From Ionaspis alba (taxonomy: Eukaryota), in assembly GCA_964255285.1 (NCBI GenBank), contig CAXUUL010000007.1, forward strand, positions 1 to 64,000: a stretch of 64,000 bases of DNA. The letters run 5' to 3'. The notes beneath the pieces were generated by a model. That model had not been told where the DNA came from. It made no database searches and saw nothing but the letters and a program-made list of their open reading frames with translations. The position numbers were made by a program, and so were the translations under genes. Numbering within the stretch: the first letter of the stretch is position 1; every line of letters starts with the position of its first letter. Below are positions 49,590-61,358 of the stretch, in pieces.

Positions 49590-50481
49590 TTACATCAACA
49601 ATCCGCCAAAGATCAAAGCCCCAATTCCGGTGAGCCCCACAGTTGACCATTCCAAGTACCGTCCACCCGCGACACTCGACGTTGACGACGGTGCCGCACT
49701 TCCAGTTGCGGTGCCACTCCCCGAAGCCGCGGTGCTGGACGCGTTCCCCTCGGTGGATTCGCTAAAGACACCTCCAGCGATGTTGGCAGGCGACTGGGTT
49801 TTGGCGGTCTTGGCGAGTGCCTTGTAGGCGTCAAGGGTGTTTGCACTACCGGCTCTGGTGAATGATAATATCAGCAATCGACAGGTGCCGTCGAGGATCA
49901 GTACCCCTGGATGCAGCATGTCACTTACGGAGGGTTGATGACCATAGCCATACCGCCTTGACAGTGGCTAGCCTGGGAGCAGTAGACCCAGATGGGCTTG
50001 GTATCATTGACCGTGACGGTGAAGATGAGGCTCTATGGGCCAGTCAGTGATCTGCATGGGTCTCGAGGGACAAGCCGAGCGGTAGAGGAAGCATACATTT
50101 TCCCCATTGGCTGCTGGTTGGAAACCAGAGTAGAACCCTCCCGTCATAGGATTGCAGCTACAGTGTTGTTAGCATATATATTCCTGAGACACCCAAGGGA
50201 TCTAGCTTCTGGGTGTCTTACGCCTCGGTAAAAGTAGATTGGACGACCGAGTGGTTTTTCGGGTAGAAGTGAAACTCGATCTCGTCGCCCTTGTTGGCGG
50301 TAATGCTGCTAGGCTCGAAGACCAGGGCGCCATTGCCCACATCCACACTGTGGACTGTCGAGGACGCGGAAGCCATGGCCGCAGACGAGGAGGCCGTCAT
50401 ACTCGTGGTGGTCGTCTGCCCACTGTCTCCCCCATACTGCGCCAAGACCAGGGGAAGGAGGGCAAGGGCGATCAGATACAT
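49590..50481 (-). CDS. Secreted, probably GPI-anchored cupredoxin-like Ser/Thr-rich protein, 4 exons
   Basis: Signal peptide; HSVDVGNGALVFEP, FHFYPKNHSVVQS, WVYCSQASHCQGGMAMVINP (H..C..H..M copper-ligand pattern); hydrophobic C-terminus. Confidence 0.85.
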
Positions 50482-52031
50482 GCTGGCAGGCAAAGCGAGT
50501 CGTGATGATGCTAGTAGCTTGTCGAGGAATTGTGGTTACACAGTGACCAAAGGGTAGCGATCGAGAGAGGGACACAGAGAGGAAATGAGCACGATTGCCT
50601 TGGCATGTGGGGTCAAGAGCCTATCTTATATAGGGAGAGCATCTGGAACTAAATCATGGCCAGCCTCTCCTTCGCGCTGGGACGAGGAGGGCGCATTGTA
50701 GCCCATGGTGACAAACCGGACAGCCTCTTCGCTCGATCCTGCTGGGACGGTGAGTCCCAAATAATATCCAAGCAGGGCGCCGGATGTGAGAAACGGTTAG
50801 TGCTTCACAAGGCAAAGGATCATCGAAGGAGGATAGCTTGTCGGCGCTTACTCGTTAGTCGAGATTGGCATCAAGGGAGGAGACGGTGGGGGTAAGGTCG
50901 CATGCGAGAAACATGAGACGACAAGGTTCTTTCATTGGAGATTCAGCAGCTCCTACAACAGTCACGCATGAGCTTCATCCTCAATTAGTGCCCGTGAGTG
51001 CCACGAGAGGTACGTAAGCTCCCCAAAGGAGACGGCCACGGGACGCCATATGCCGTGGTGATGACAGGTGGGAATCAATATACAGTCGGATGTATTCTGA
51101 GTGCATGTAAGTGCCTTCTGGTGCCAGCGGCCTTGGCCAAGTCGGAGGAGTAAGGACGTGACGGCACTGCCTCCACGGATTCACGATGGATGATTTCAAC
51201 ATGCTTGGCTTCTAAGCTGTCCGTAAGCTTTTGTGCAGAACCGGTTTGGTAGCTCGACGGTAAGTAGTAAAGTACTTGGGGGCATGAAAGCCACCAGAAC
51301 ATCAGGAGTCCAGACCATCGTCCATGCGCCTAGAGCTGAAGACAACAAAGTCAGTCCATTACGAGAAGCATGAACACGCAGGACAGCCGTGAGAGTACCA
51401 CTGCAGAGTCGTCACTGCAGAATCAGGGTGCTTTCCTTGCCGTCCTGCTCTACATGCGACACTCCGTGGGCAGTGAAACATGGAGGCGAAACGAACGAAA
51501 CAAGAGTGCAGAGTGATTATTCAATGCCATGCTGATATCACTATTTATTGGCCTGTGTCTCAGCAGCGGTACGAAAGAACAGCCCTCCCGCTGCAGATCA
51601 GAGAAGAAGCACCGTCTTGCGGGGGGCAACCTTGGGACCACGATCGTCGGCCAATCGATCTACGGAATCCCTGACACGTCGGAGCGTTGCCAACCTGATC
51701 CCCTGTAATGCTCAAAGCATTTCCATTCTCACAGATACAGCAGAGAGTACTCTGCAAAGGATTTCCCTCCATTATTGATGGATGACGCATATGTTGATGC
51801 TTCTGCCCCCTTCGATGTTCGTGACTCAAAATGCTGAATTTCTATCTGGATCCCGGTCGAGCCTTGCGAGAGATTGATGCAATAGCCTATTCTGTACACT
51901 CTACGATAATGGCTCATGATGCGTTGGTGAAGACAGCCGCCCCCCAAAGAAAAACAGACAGCACCCGATAGCCATGTACAGTATCTAGATTTCATATCAC
52001 CGGCGGCACACTGCAACGCCTGGTGTCTTTG

Positions 52032-53066
52032 TTACCGGGGACCCGGCAAACCAATTCTCTGCGGCCCCGTACCTCGCAGATCCTTTTGTCTATCCGCATA
52101 CTCCCTGATCAAGATAGAACACTTGATTTCCTCGCACAACTTTTTCCTCCGCTGCGTGGGCAACTTGTGCGCAAACTCCAGGCCGCTCGCTCTCTCGACA
52201 GCCTCGATCGGGACCTCGAAGTCGGTCAAAGGTTTGTCGTTGTCGATCTTTGCATTGGGTAAGACGAACGCTCCCAAACTGACATTGCCACCCGTCTTCC
52301 CATCTTCGGCGAAAATGACCTTGTAGAAGTGGGTCGGGACCGCAACATTGGGCGGGCTTCCGATGACTTCGTACGACACGCGCCATTTCCCATCTTCTGG
52401 GTCACGCCGTGGGAGATAGAGCGGCCCCGTCACGATACGCACGGAGGGATAGTCGTTTGTCAATCGACGACAGAAATCCTCCAAGTGTGCCCAGTAGTCC
52501 CGATTGAATCCATCTCCCACCTGGGGACACATATTGCTCAAGAGGAAAGTCTGGTCCATGGCTTCTTGGTCCCATTTGGCGTCGGCCGCCGGCACCTGAT
52601 GCCCTCTATCGTATCCAGATCGGAAGTAATCCTGTAGCTTGGCTCGGAACTTGGCCGGTATGGTTGTGTCCTCGACGAAGAAGGAATGGCGACGATCTGC
52701 ACCTTTAATGGCGAGCGAAGTTGGCGTGATGTGCTCAGCGACCCACATTGGGTTGCGTGTCCGTCTATCGAAGGCTGACGTCGTAGAGAGCGTTGGGTGT
52801 AGATCGGATATGGGGCCGGGAAATCCATATTGAAAGAGGCCGGATGGGTCCACGGGCGGGACGAGATTCTTGAGAGGCAACGGCGTGATAGGAGCGGGAT
52901 AGGGAGGGGAGGTAGATGTGGGGATGTTCAGGCTCGAGGTAGGTCCTGGTACCGATGCTGTGAGCGCTGAGGATTTGCGCTCCCACGTCGAAAGAATTGC
53001 CGCAGTAGCAGCAGCGCCGGTAAAGGCTGAGAGCCCAGCGATGAGGGAGAGGGTGGTCTTTGACAT
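52032..53066 (-). CDS. NUC1: Mitochondrial endonuclease G / Nuc1, intronless
   Basis: FQYGFPGP, DYFRSGYDRGHQVPAAD, TFLLSNMCPQVGDGFNRDYW, VAVPTHFYK. Confidence 0.95.
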   Translation of the reverse strand: MSKTTLSLIAGLSAFTGAAATAAILSTWERKSSALTASVPGPTSSLNIPTSTSPPYPAPITPLPLKNLVPPVDPSGLFQYGFPGPISDLHPTLSTTSAFDRRTRNPMWVAEHITPTSLAIKGADRRHSFFVEDTTIPAKFRAKLQDYFRSGYDRGHQVPAADAKWDQEAMDQTFLLSNMCPQVGDGFNRDYWAHLEDFCRRLTNDYPSVRIVTGPLYLPRRDPEDGKWRVSYEVIGSPPNVAVPTHFYKVIFAEDGKTGGNVSLGAFVLPNAKIDNDKPLTDFEVPIEAVERASGLEFAHKLPTQRRKKLCEEIKCSILIREYADRQKDLRGTGPQRIGLPGPR

Positions 53067-53618
53067 GATAAAGAGACGACGCGGGTTTGGAGAGAAGCCG
53101 AGAGCACAGGCAGGGAGATGATCAGATATATACCTCTCGAGATCGACTCCTCTTATACCAAGGAGTAAGAGGCAGCAAGCTGGTCATGAGCGACAAGCAC
53201 ACGGCCATCGAACGTTCGAAAGGACGCAAGACGCGTGAGCAGCGTGAGCGAACGATTTGGAGCCTGCCGGGATCTGCTGAAACTATAACCCGAAGATAGC
53301 AATGATTGGCTGATTCTAGGCATCTGTGGCATTGGTTCTCTATATGGTATAGCGTTCTTCGGGCCGTGCCGGGGCAATATAAGGACGAGGGTCGAAAGGC
53401 TGATCATGACGAATTGTTTTGTGAGAAAGCTTTATCTCATACTTATTCTCATCCCCTTCGCTTTACCTATCCTACCTACTTTACTACGTACATCATACTC
53501 GTAAGTGTACAGGAAGCTCAGCATATCATAGTCTGAAGCTCTTCGCCTATCGAATGAGCATTGCGGTGGCTTGCCCTGTCGCCGTTTGGCCCTGGTTGCC
53601 AACACAATTGACGGCATC

Positions 53619-55243
53619 ATGGTGCTGGATAATGATACTCGAGGGTGGATTATGGCCTGCGTCAGTGGCATTGGTATTCGCTCTACTGCTCTTTCTCCCG
53701 GTGAAGGCATGTGCTCACGTTCTTCAGCCTGTGTCGTTGGAGCCAGTATCATCTGCGTGGATTTGATCATTCGCCTTTTTCCGGGAAAGCGCAACTTCAA
53801 GATCCAGGATAGCAACGCCTTCCTCTCCTCCTCCTTGAGCTTGAGCTTTGGGGTCATGGTGAGTGGAGTTGAATCAATCTACAAGATACTTCTAATGAAT
53901 ACGTCTAGCTTTTCTCCTCTCTCTACGGAATGCTGCCGTCCGCGAAAAGTTATCTCGTCAAGGGAGGCTTCTCACCGAGCGTTGCGGCTTACGTACTCAT
54001 TGGATGCTTCCTTGCTGGTGTCTTGGGTATCCAAATTGTGTCGCACTTTTTGCACCACTATATACCGTCCAATGTAGTGGACTGCAATCATACCCACAGC
54101 GGGGAGGAAGAAAGCGACGATGATCACGATTCAAGCGCCGAGCATAGGCACCAGAACGGCAACACAGATTTGTCCGAGCAAACACCGTTACTGTCTACGA
54201 ACGACTGTAGCCGGACAAGGTCTGGCACGAACGATACCAACGATGGAACAGAAACCACCTTTCTCAGTGTCCCTTCGACCCGGAGACCATCTTTGCAAAA
54301 GCGTTTGACCGCTCGAGTGGCAACTTTTGTCTTGGGAGCCAAGGCAATGTGCGATGAGAATGGTCCTTGTCATGGGTACAGTGATCCCTGTGGTCAAGAA
54401 TGCTTCAAAGCTATCTCTCGAAGTCCCACACGCGCTCGACGATCGTCGGCCGGGCCCCCTCGGACCCCTGGACTGCACCGCGCATCAACACAGCCCTTTT
54501 CTTATACAATGCATACCCCCTTAGGAAGTCTAGAGGAGAACGCGAATTTGTGCCATTCTAGTGAACAGACGCATGAGCATCTCCAGCACCACGCACCAGA
54601 TCGAGGCCGACAAAGTCGACGTATCAGTTCCTCGTACCAACTAACCAATGGTAGCAAGCCTTCTGATGATCTCGAAAGCGGAAAGCAGAATCTTGCAGAG
54701 GCTAGATCTGTGAAAGGGAATCCACCGAATGACGCCACTCAGGCACACCACCACCATGTCCCCTCCAATGCTTTCCTATCAATTGGCCTCCAGACCTCGA
54801 TTGCCATCGCTCTCCACAAACTCCCGGAAGGTTTTATCACTTTTGCCACCAATCACGCCAATGCAAAACTTGGATTTGCCGTTTTCATGGCGCTCTTCAT
54901 ACACAATATCACGGAAGGTTTTGCAATGGCTCTTCCTCTGTATCTGGCTCTCCACAGTCGCTGGAAAGCCATGTTCTGGAGCTCCCTTCTGGGTGGGATT
55001 AGCCAGCCTCTCGGTGCCGGTGTGGCGGCCATCTGGTTTCACATCGCTGGGCGAGGTGAAATGGCCCCAGGAGAGAGGATATATGGATGCATGTTCGCCG
55101 TCACGGCAGGTATCATGTCCAGTGTGGCCTTGCAGCTTTTCTCGGAAAGTCTCGGTCTGACCCACAACCGGAATCTCTGTATCGCGTTTGCTTTCATCGG
55201 AATGGGTATTCTCGGAGTCAGTTTTGCATTGACGGCGGACTGA
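53619..55243 (+). CDS. ZIP family zinc/metal transporter (Zrt3-like), 3 exons
   Basis: DNDTRGWIM, FLSSSLSLSFGVM, His-rich loop, ALHKLPEGF, IHNITEGF, ISQPLGA. Confidence 0.9.
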
Positions 55244-55739
55244 GGTTACTGTTTACCTGCATAACAGCATTCAGAAGAGCGTTGGGGCTCAAGGCACGCA
55301 TTGTAAGCATTGGGATGGCAACCTTGAAAGGAACAAGTTGACCAAGGGCGCCATGGAAGGGCTATTGTAAGCATAAAAAGGAGTCGGAAGATTTACATGT
55401 TCCATGAGTACGGCTACTACGCTTCGCCGTGGCAGGAGACAGAGTATCTCGCCACTAGCAAGTACCCCTGGTATTGGTACTTGGCTTTTTTTTCTGAATC
55501 GAACGAACGATTTGAAGCATTTCCATCTGTTGACATGGAAGATGTCCATGAAGCAGTGTACAGATAAGCATTGTAGCACAGAGTATGAGTATGTACAATG
55601 CAGTCCCGCAACTGGAGGATTGGAACAATAGCGGCTGCCAAACCAACAAGCCAATCCGTCTCCTTCCATCCGCCTTCTTCCCCACCAACCAAAGATCAAT
55701 ACTCGTACAGGATTGGGGACAGGACACAAATGACACGCA

Positions 55740-55960
55740 GCAGTAGTAGTAATAATTTTCATTATAATTATAACCATAATCACAGCATAACAATGATTAT
55801 CATTATCATTATCACCATCCAACTCCTTCTGCAGGCTACATACTACTAGTGTCTACTACTTGCTGCTACTTACCAGTTGCGACTTGCGACTTGTCCAACC
55901 CCGCCTCTACCACTTCCAATACCACTACCGCTACCACTCTCCCACTCTCCCACTCTCGGT
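55740..55960. repeat. Low-complexity / degenerate microsatellite tract (TAG, TAA, ATCATT, CTA, ACTCTCCC x3)
   Basis: Directly visible short tandem motifs between the ZIP and PKA genes. Confidence 0.6.
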
Positions 55961-56603
55961 CTTTTTTCTCCTCTATCCTACTGATCTGCCCCTACGTCTA
56001 GTATATTATTCGTAGAAATTCGTCCACCATTCAACCCTGTCCGTTCCCTCCTCCTCCCCCTCCTCCTCTCCGTTAAACACAGACAGAGAGCTCCCTCCCT
56101 TCCATTTTCACCCAATTCGTCAGATTGCATTCCTTATAAGGTCGACGTTGTCCGACATCTTTTTGTGTCACTTCAGATTACCATCGCATCTCGGTCGGTC
56201 CCATCCTGGCATTCCAAGCAACCTTCTTTTCCCCCTTCCCCCCAAGCACCCCGCCTCCTTCCGATTCTGGGAACAACTCCTCGCTTGTTGTCTTGCACTT
56301 CCTTATTGTCCGTTCCGTAGCCTTTTCTCCACTGTTGCTAGAGGAGGCGGAGGTCCTTCGGTTCGACAGCCGCTACCTCTTCAGAAGAAGGCCCGCCGAT
56401 ACTGCCGCCGCTGGCTTGCAGGCGCCGATCGCTACCTCTGACGATCTCGTGAGGCACACAAGGTGTGAGTGCAAGCCCAGCTCCAACAACCGCTGCCAAC
56501 CCCCAACATCCATCCTCGTCACGAACGTCTGACTTCCGGCAGCCATTGCGACCCGACTTGGTGCTCCCTCACCATCAGACTCCTTCCTCACTCCTCACTT
56601 CTC

Positions 56604-58176
56604 ATGCCGACTCTAGGTTTTCTTAAAAAGAAGAGGACGAAGGATTCGTCGGGTGCCAAAGACGCTCCAACTTCACCCATTGCGGACTCTCCCGTTGATT
56701 CGACAACTTCGAGCGGTCTTAAAACTGTTCCTTCCGCATCGTCGCAGACCTCGTACCCACAATCGCAGAACAGCTCGAGCAAGCCACCGGAGCCGCTCCA
56801 GAAAACCATCTCTCAAGGCTTGGTCTCACAGCCTGCCCTGACATCTGCACCACAGAATGCCAGTCTAGAGGAGAAGCAACAGCCGCAACAATCAGCTTCT
56901 GGTGTCAATAGCGCTACCGATCCCCCGCAACTTGACGGCACACACCAAACCGGCATGGACGGGCGTAGCAATGGCGCTGCTGCAAGGGAGACCGCTACTC
57001 CAGCGGCAACACCAACGATACGCACGACGAAAGGGAAGTACACCCTGACGGACTTTTCGATACAACGCACGTTGGGTACGGGTAGTTTCGGCAGGGTACA
57101 CCTAGTGCAATCGAAACACAATCAGAGGTTCTATGCTGTCAAAGTGCTGAAGAAGCAGCAGGTGGTGAAGATGAAGCAGGTCGAGCACACCAACGATGAA
57201 CGGAGGATGCTGCAGAAAGTCAAACATCCCTTTCTCATCACTCTTTGGGGTACTTTCCAAGACTCCAAGAATCTGTACATGGTCATGGACTTTGTTGAGG
57301 GAGGAGAGCTGTTCAGTCTCCTGCGTAAGTCTCAGGTTAGTGACATTGATTTCGATTACTATTACTCCCGATTCTATTCCATCCGGGAGTACATGGACTC
57401 ACTGGCAGCAAAGCGTTTTCCAAATCCCGTAGCCAAGTTCTATGCTGCCGAGGTCACCCTAGCATTGGACTACCTGCACTCCATGCATATAATTTACCGG
57501 GATTTGAAGCCCGAGAATTTGTTGTTGGATAGGCACGGGCACTTGAAGATCACCGACTTTGGCTTTGCTAAAGAAGTCCCGGACATAACGTGGACGCTGT
57601 GTGGCACACCAGACTATCTTGCCCCGGAAGTCGTGGCATCGAAGGGGTACAACAAATCAGTAGACTGGTAATTCCCGGAAAGTCCTCTTTTGCCCCGATT
57701 GAGAGCGCTGATGTGATCATAGGTGGTCGCTAGGAATCTTGATCTTTGAGATGCTGTGCGGATTCACCCCCTTCTGGGACGGCGGCTCCCCAATGAAAAT
57801 CTACGAAAACATTCTCAAAGGCCGCGTGAAGTATCCGCCATACATTCATCCAGATGCTCAAGATCTCTTGCAGCGCCTCATTACGCCCGATCTGACTAAA
57901 AGACTGGGTAACCTCCACGGAGGGTCGAAAGATGTCATGCAGCACCCTTGGTTTGCAGAGGTGACTTGGGAACGTCTTTCGAGAAAAGACATAGACGCAC
58001 CCTACGTACCGCCCGTCAAAGGTGGTGTCGGTGATGCTAGCCAGTTCGACAAGTACCCGGAAGAGACCGAACAGTACGGGGACAAGGGTTCGGATCCGTG
58101 AGTATACTGCATATCGATATTGTTCACCTTCACACTAACAAGTCCCAGGCACGGTCACTTCTTCACTGAGTTCTGA
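56604..58176 (+). CDS. cAMP-dependent protein kinase catalytic subunit (PKA-C), introns 57336-57413, about 57668-57722 and about 58098-58148
   Basis: [61 protein letters not shown]-terminal FTEF. Confidence 0.96.
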
Positions 58177-58692
58177 ACGAAGCTGCCCGGCGGACCTGAA
58201 AGTCCGTCGATGTGAAAAGTGATGTAATGTTTCACCAGGACAAGTCAAGCTTCAGTCCGGTACTGAGAGCCTGTGCTTCGGACACAATCCTCGAAAGGAA
58301 GTCGAAAGGGGAATACACAAATTGGAATCGGGTCCCAGTCCTACTATTACACCCACTCGTCGACACATATTCTTTGACCTGTACAGACTACCTCAAGTCA
58401 ATCTTGATGGTACTATCGCGCGCTATTTGCTAGCTTTTGGCATGCATTACCCTTTGGTTTGTCTCATCACGTGAAATAGGCGCATTGTGGGTTATTCTTA
58501 TGCCATATTTCAAGACGCCAATGGAGCATATGGAAATAAAGTGCCAAAACGCAATGTTGCAGTCTCGTTCTTTCAAGGCTTGCGAGCCAATCCACGTCTA
58601 ATAAACATACGTTGTTGGGTATCTAAAAGTAATTGAGCACCAACTCGACGGGGGTCATCAATGTGAGGCACAGCTGTCTCGCTCCTCGTGTC

Positions 58693-59739
58693 CTATGACT
58701 GCCTTTGCCGAATGCGAGTCTCGGACCACATTTGATCGAGGATCTGAAAAACCGCGGTAACGGTCTTCATAGTTCCTTCTTCGGCAATCATGCTGCCAAA
58801 ATGCTGCTGTATCTTATCAGGATGCCATCTGACCCTCTCAGCTTTCAATATGCCTCGCAGGCTCTCGTGTTGGCTCCCCATGGGAGCACTGCGCATAAAA
58901 TCCTCCACTGCCTCCTTCCCTACATGTTTGGCCTGTCCAGACTTGACAGGCCAGGGCAGTCGCAGCGATTTTCTGCCCTTCCCGGCCGCGTGCATCTCCC
59001 GATCCATATCCCGACTCTCTGCCTCGTTCACCCGCCTGAGTTCCTCCCAGTCTCGCGTGTACCGCTTCCACACTCTCTCCCACTCGTCAGTCGCTCTTCG
59101 GGCTTTGCTCTGCCCTAGCGCCTCGTCAATCCTACTTTCCAATCCATCACGATCCCGCCGTCGTCCAGCCTCCTCTCTCATAGCTTCCTTCTGTCTGGCC
59201 CTCTCCTCCTCGCGCTTTGCCCGCTCCTCCAACACGTAGCCATGCGATTTCTCCCACATCTTTGCCCTTACGTACGCCGTATACTCTTCATCTGACATGC
59301 GCTCAAGTTCGCCGTCTCTGCCATGCTCATCATGGTTGTCACTGGTATTCCGGCGATAGGCTGAATAGGTGTGGATGGGTTGACCATAGACGCTTTCCCA
59401 GAAAGCGGCGCCTTCATCATCGGCCAGTGCATCGAAAAGAGACTCGCGAAAAGCTGTGTCGGGGTCAAGGTCTTTCGCGCTGGACACTTTGGGAAGGTAA
59501 GTGTCACCATACGTGGTTCGGTCGTCAATAGGAGGCTGCGCCCGGTGCGAACGGCGGTGTCCGCGGCGGAAATTATGACGATGAGACGGTCTGTGATTTT
59601 CCAACCTTGTCGGTAGGGAATCTGAAGTAGTGAAAGAGTCGGCGCGTTTCCGTTTGAAGCGGAATCTTGTGGCTTTTGAGGGGGCCGGAATTGAGTCATG
59701 GTTGCGATCTTCTCGAACGGTATCTGAGCGACTTTCCAT
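58693..59739 (-). CDS. Conserved fungal nuclear protein with NFKBIL1-like C-terminus (RWHPDK)
   Basis: LDPDTAFRESLFDALADDEGAAFWESVYGQPIH, MSDEEYTAYVRAKMWEK, LPWPV, LKAERVRWHPDK. Confidence 0.75.
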   Translation of the reverse strand: MESRSDTVREDRNHDSIPAPSKATRFRFKRKRADSFTTSDSLPTRLENHRPSHRHNFRRGHRRSHRAQPPIDDRTTYGDTYLPKVSSAKDLDPDTAFRESLFDALADDEGAAFWESVYGQPIHTYSAYRRNTSDNHDEHGRDGELERMSDEEYTAYVRAKMWEKSHGYVLEERAKREEERARQKEAMREEAGRRRDRDGLESRIDEALGQSKARRATDEWERVWKRYTRDWEELRRVNEAESRDMDREMHAAGKGRKSLRLPWPVKSGQAKHVGKEAVEDFMRSAPMGSQHESLRGILKAERVRWHPDKIQQHFGSMIAEEGTMKTVTAVFQILDQMWSETRIRQRQS

Positions 59740-59971
59740 GGCTCTTCTACAGGGGTACAGAGAACAGAAATACGTAGACCGGTAGGTGGTGATGAATGAT
59801 GCATTCTCCGCGAGTTTGGGAGACAACGAACAATGGAGCTCTGAAGGTTGACGTCGTTCCCTCTCGCTTGTGAAAGTGAAAACAGCCAGCCAACGAGGAC
59901 TTCTTCACTTCCCGTTCCCGAACTCACATCTCACAAGTTGAGCCTGGATTCTCTCTCCTTGTCGTCTTATC

Positions 59972-61135
59972 ATGATGGCAGGCCTAACTTACGGCCTCAA
60001 CATCACCAAAAAGTCATCCTCTCATCGGCCACCCGCTGCTAGGCGGAAGGCAGTGTTTGACGACGACTCCGGTTCTGATGAAGGTCCTACCCCAGATGCT
60101 CCCCAGGCAATAGACAGCCTTGGTGGACTTTCCTCTGCACCGGTCTCCAAGAGCCTTGAGTCTGCCAGACCCTCCACGCACAATGATCGCTCGTCCACCA
60201 GGACCCCTAAGAAAGGAATATCTCAGATTTCTCAACACGGCGACTTGGCCACCAACCACTCTACCACAAAGCGTGTAATATCCGCCCATTCAGTCGACTC
60301 CACCATCTACGATTATGACTCTGTATACGATTCATTACATGCTAAACCTAAGTCTCTCGCCTTCGACGACAAACGCCCTAAATATATGGGCAATCTACTA
60401 GCGGCAGCAGAGGTGCGGAAGCGAGACCAGTTGCGTGCCAAAGAGAAATTACTGGCAAAGGAGCGGGAAGCCGAAGGAGAAGAATTTGTCGACAAGGAGA
60501 AATTCGTGACAGAAGCATACAAAGCCCAGCGAGAGGAGATTAAAAGGATGGAGGAAGAGGAGGAGAACAGAGAGAAGGAAGAAATGGCTAGGAAGAGGAA
60601 GGGAGGTGGAGGCATGACTGGGTTGTATAAGGGACTTCTAGAGAGAGAGGCACAAAGACACGAGGAGATCCTGATGGCCGCCAACGAGGGTGTGTCGACA
60701 AGGGACACGGTGGAGGTGTCCGAGGAGCAGACACTAGGGGATACCGCCAGGGAGATGGGCGCGGTGGTGAACGAAAATGGGCAGATTGTTGACAAGAGAC
60801 AGTTGCTTAGTGCGGGCTTGAATGTAGTGCCGAAAGCTAAATCAGCAGCCTCGACTCGGGACAACAACAGCGCCCAAGGCTCTGCAAAATCTGACCTGCC
60901 TGCTACTTTGCATGGTCGTGACAGGAAACAGGCCATGCGGGAAAGGCAGAGCCGAATGCTCGAAGCACAACTCGAACAGGCGTCCAAGCGAGCTGCCGAC
61001 GACGAGAATGTACGTGAGGAAGCTTTGGAGAGGGCGGCAAAGAGCCGTAAGACCGTGGGTGATATCAGTAGCGCGAAAGAAAGATACCTACAGAGGAAAA
61101 GAGAGGCTGCTGCTGCGGCAGGAGGGACAGCCTGA
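59972..61135 (+). CDS. Nuclear speckle splicing regulator NSRP1/CCDC55-like coiled-coil protein
   Basis: YGLN, IYDYDSVYDSL, PKYMGNLLAAAEVRKRD, EREAEGEEFVDKEKFVTEAYK, SAKERYLQRK. Confidence 0.85.
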   Translation: MMAGLTYGLNITKKSSSHRPPAARRKAVFDDDSGSDEGPTPDAPQAIDSLGGLSSAPVSKSLESARPSTHNDRSSTRTPKKGISQISQHGDLATNHSTTKRVISAHSVDSTIYDYDSVYDSLHAKPKSLAFDDKRPKYMGNLLAAAEVRKRDQLRAKEKLLAKEREAEGEEFVDKEKFVTEAYKAQREEIKRMEEEEENREKEEMARKRKGGGGMTGLYKGLLEREAQRHEEILMAANEGVSTRDTVEVSEEQTLGDTAREMGAVVNENGQIVDKRQLLSAGLNVVPKAKSAASTRDNNSAQGSAKSDLPATLHGRDRKQAMRERQSRMLEAQLEQASKRAADDENVREEALERAAKSRKTVGDISSAKERYLQRKREAAAAAGGTA

Positions 61136-61358
61136 GATGGAGAATGCTATTTGTGCGACTGTTCACAAGTCATCCGGGAAATGGAAGCCTTGACATTCCT
61201 TTGGAGATGCTACGGGACAAGTACCGCTCAGCGTTCCTTCACCGTCGACGTATAATCGCTTGCAATCTTGACACCATGATTCTCTGTTCTTGTGCTCCAC
61301 ACCCGCAGGCTTAGAATCGCTAAGGCAAGCGACTATTTCGAGCACACCTTTCCCAAGA

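Noticed and set aside
55289..55849. Several ORFs with N/Y/I runs
   Set aside because: Products of microsatellite-like low-complexity DNA in the ZIP 3' region and PKA promoter
60313..60987. 224-aa Ser/Leu-rich minus-strand ORF
   Set aside because: Antisense shadow of the Glu/Lys/Arg-rich NSRP1-like coding sequence
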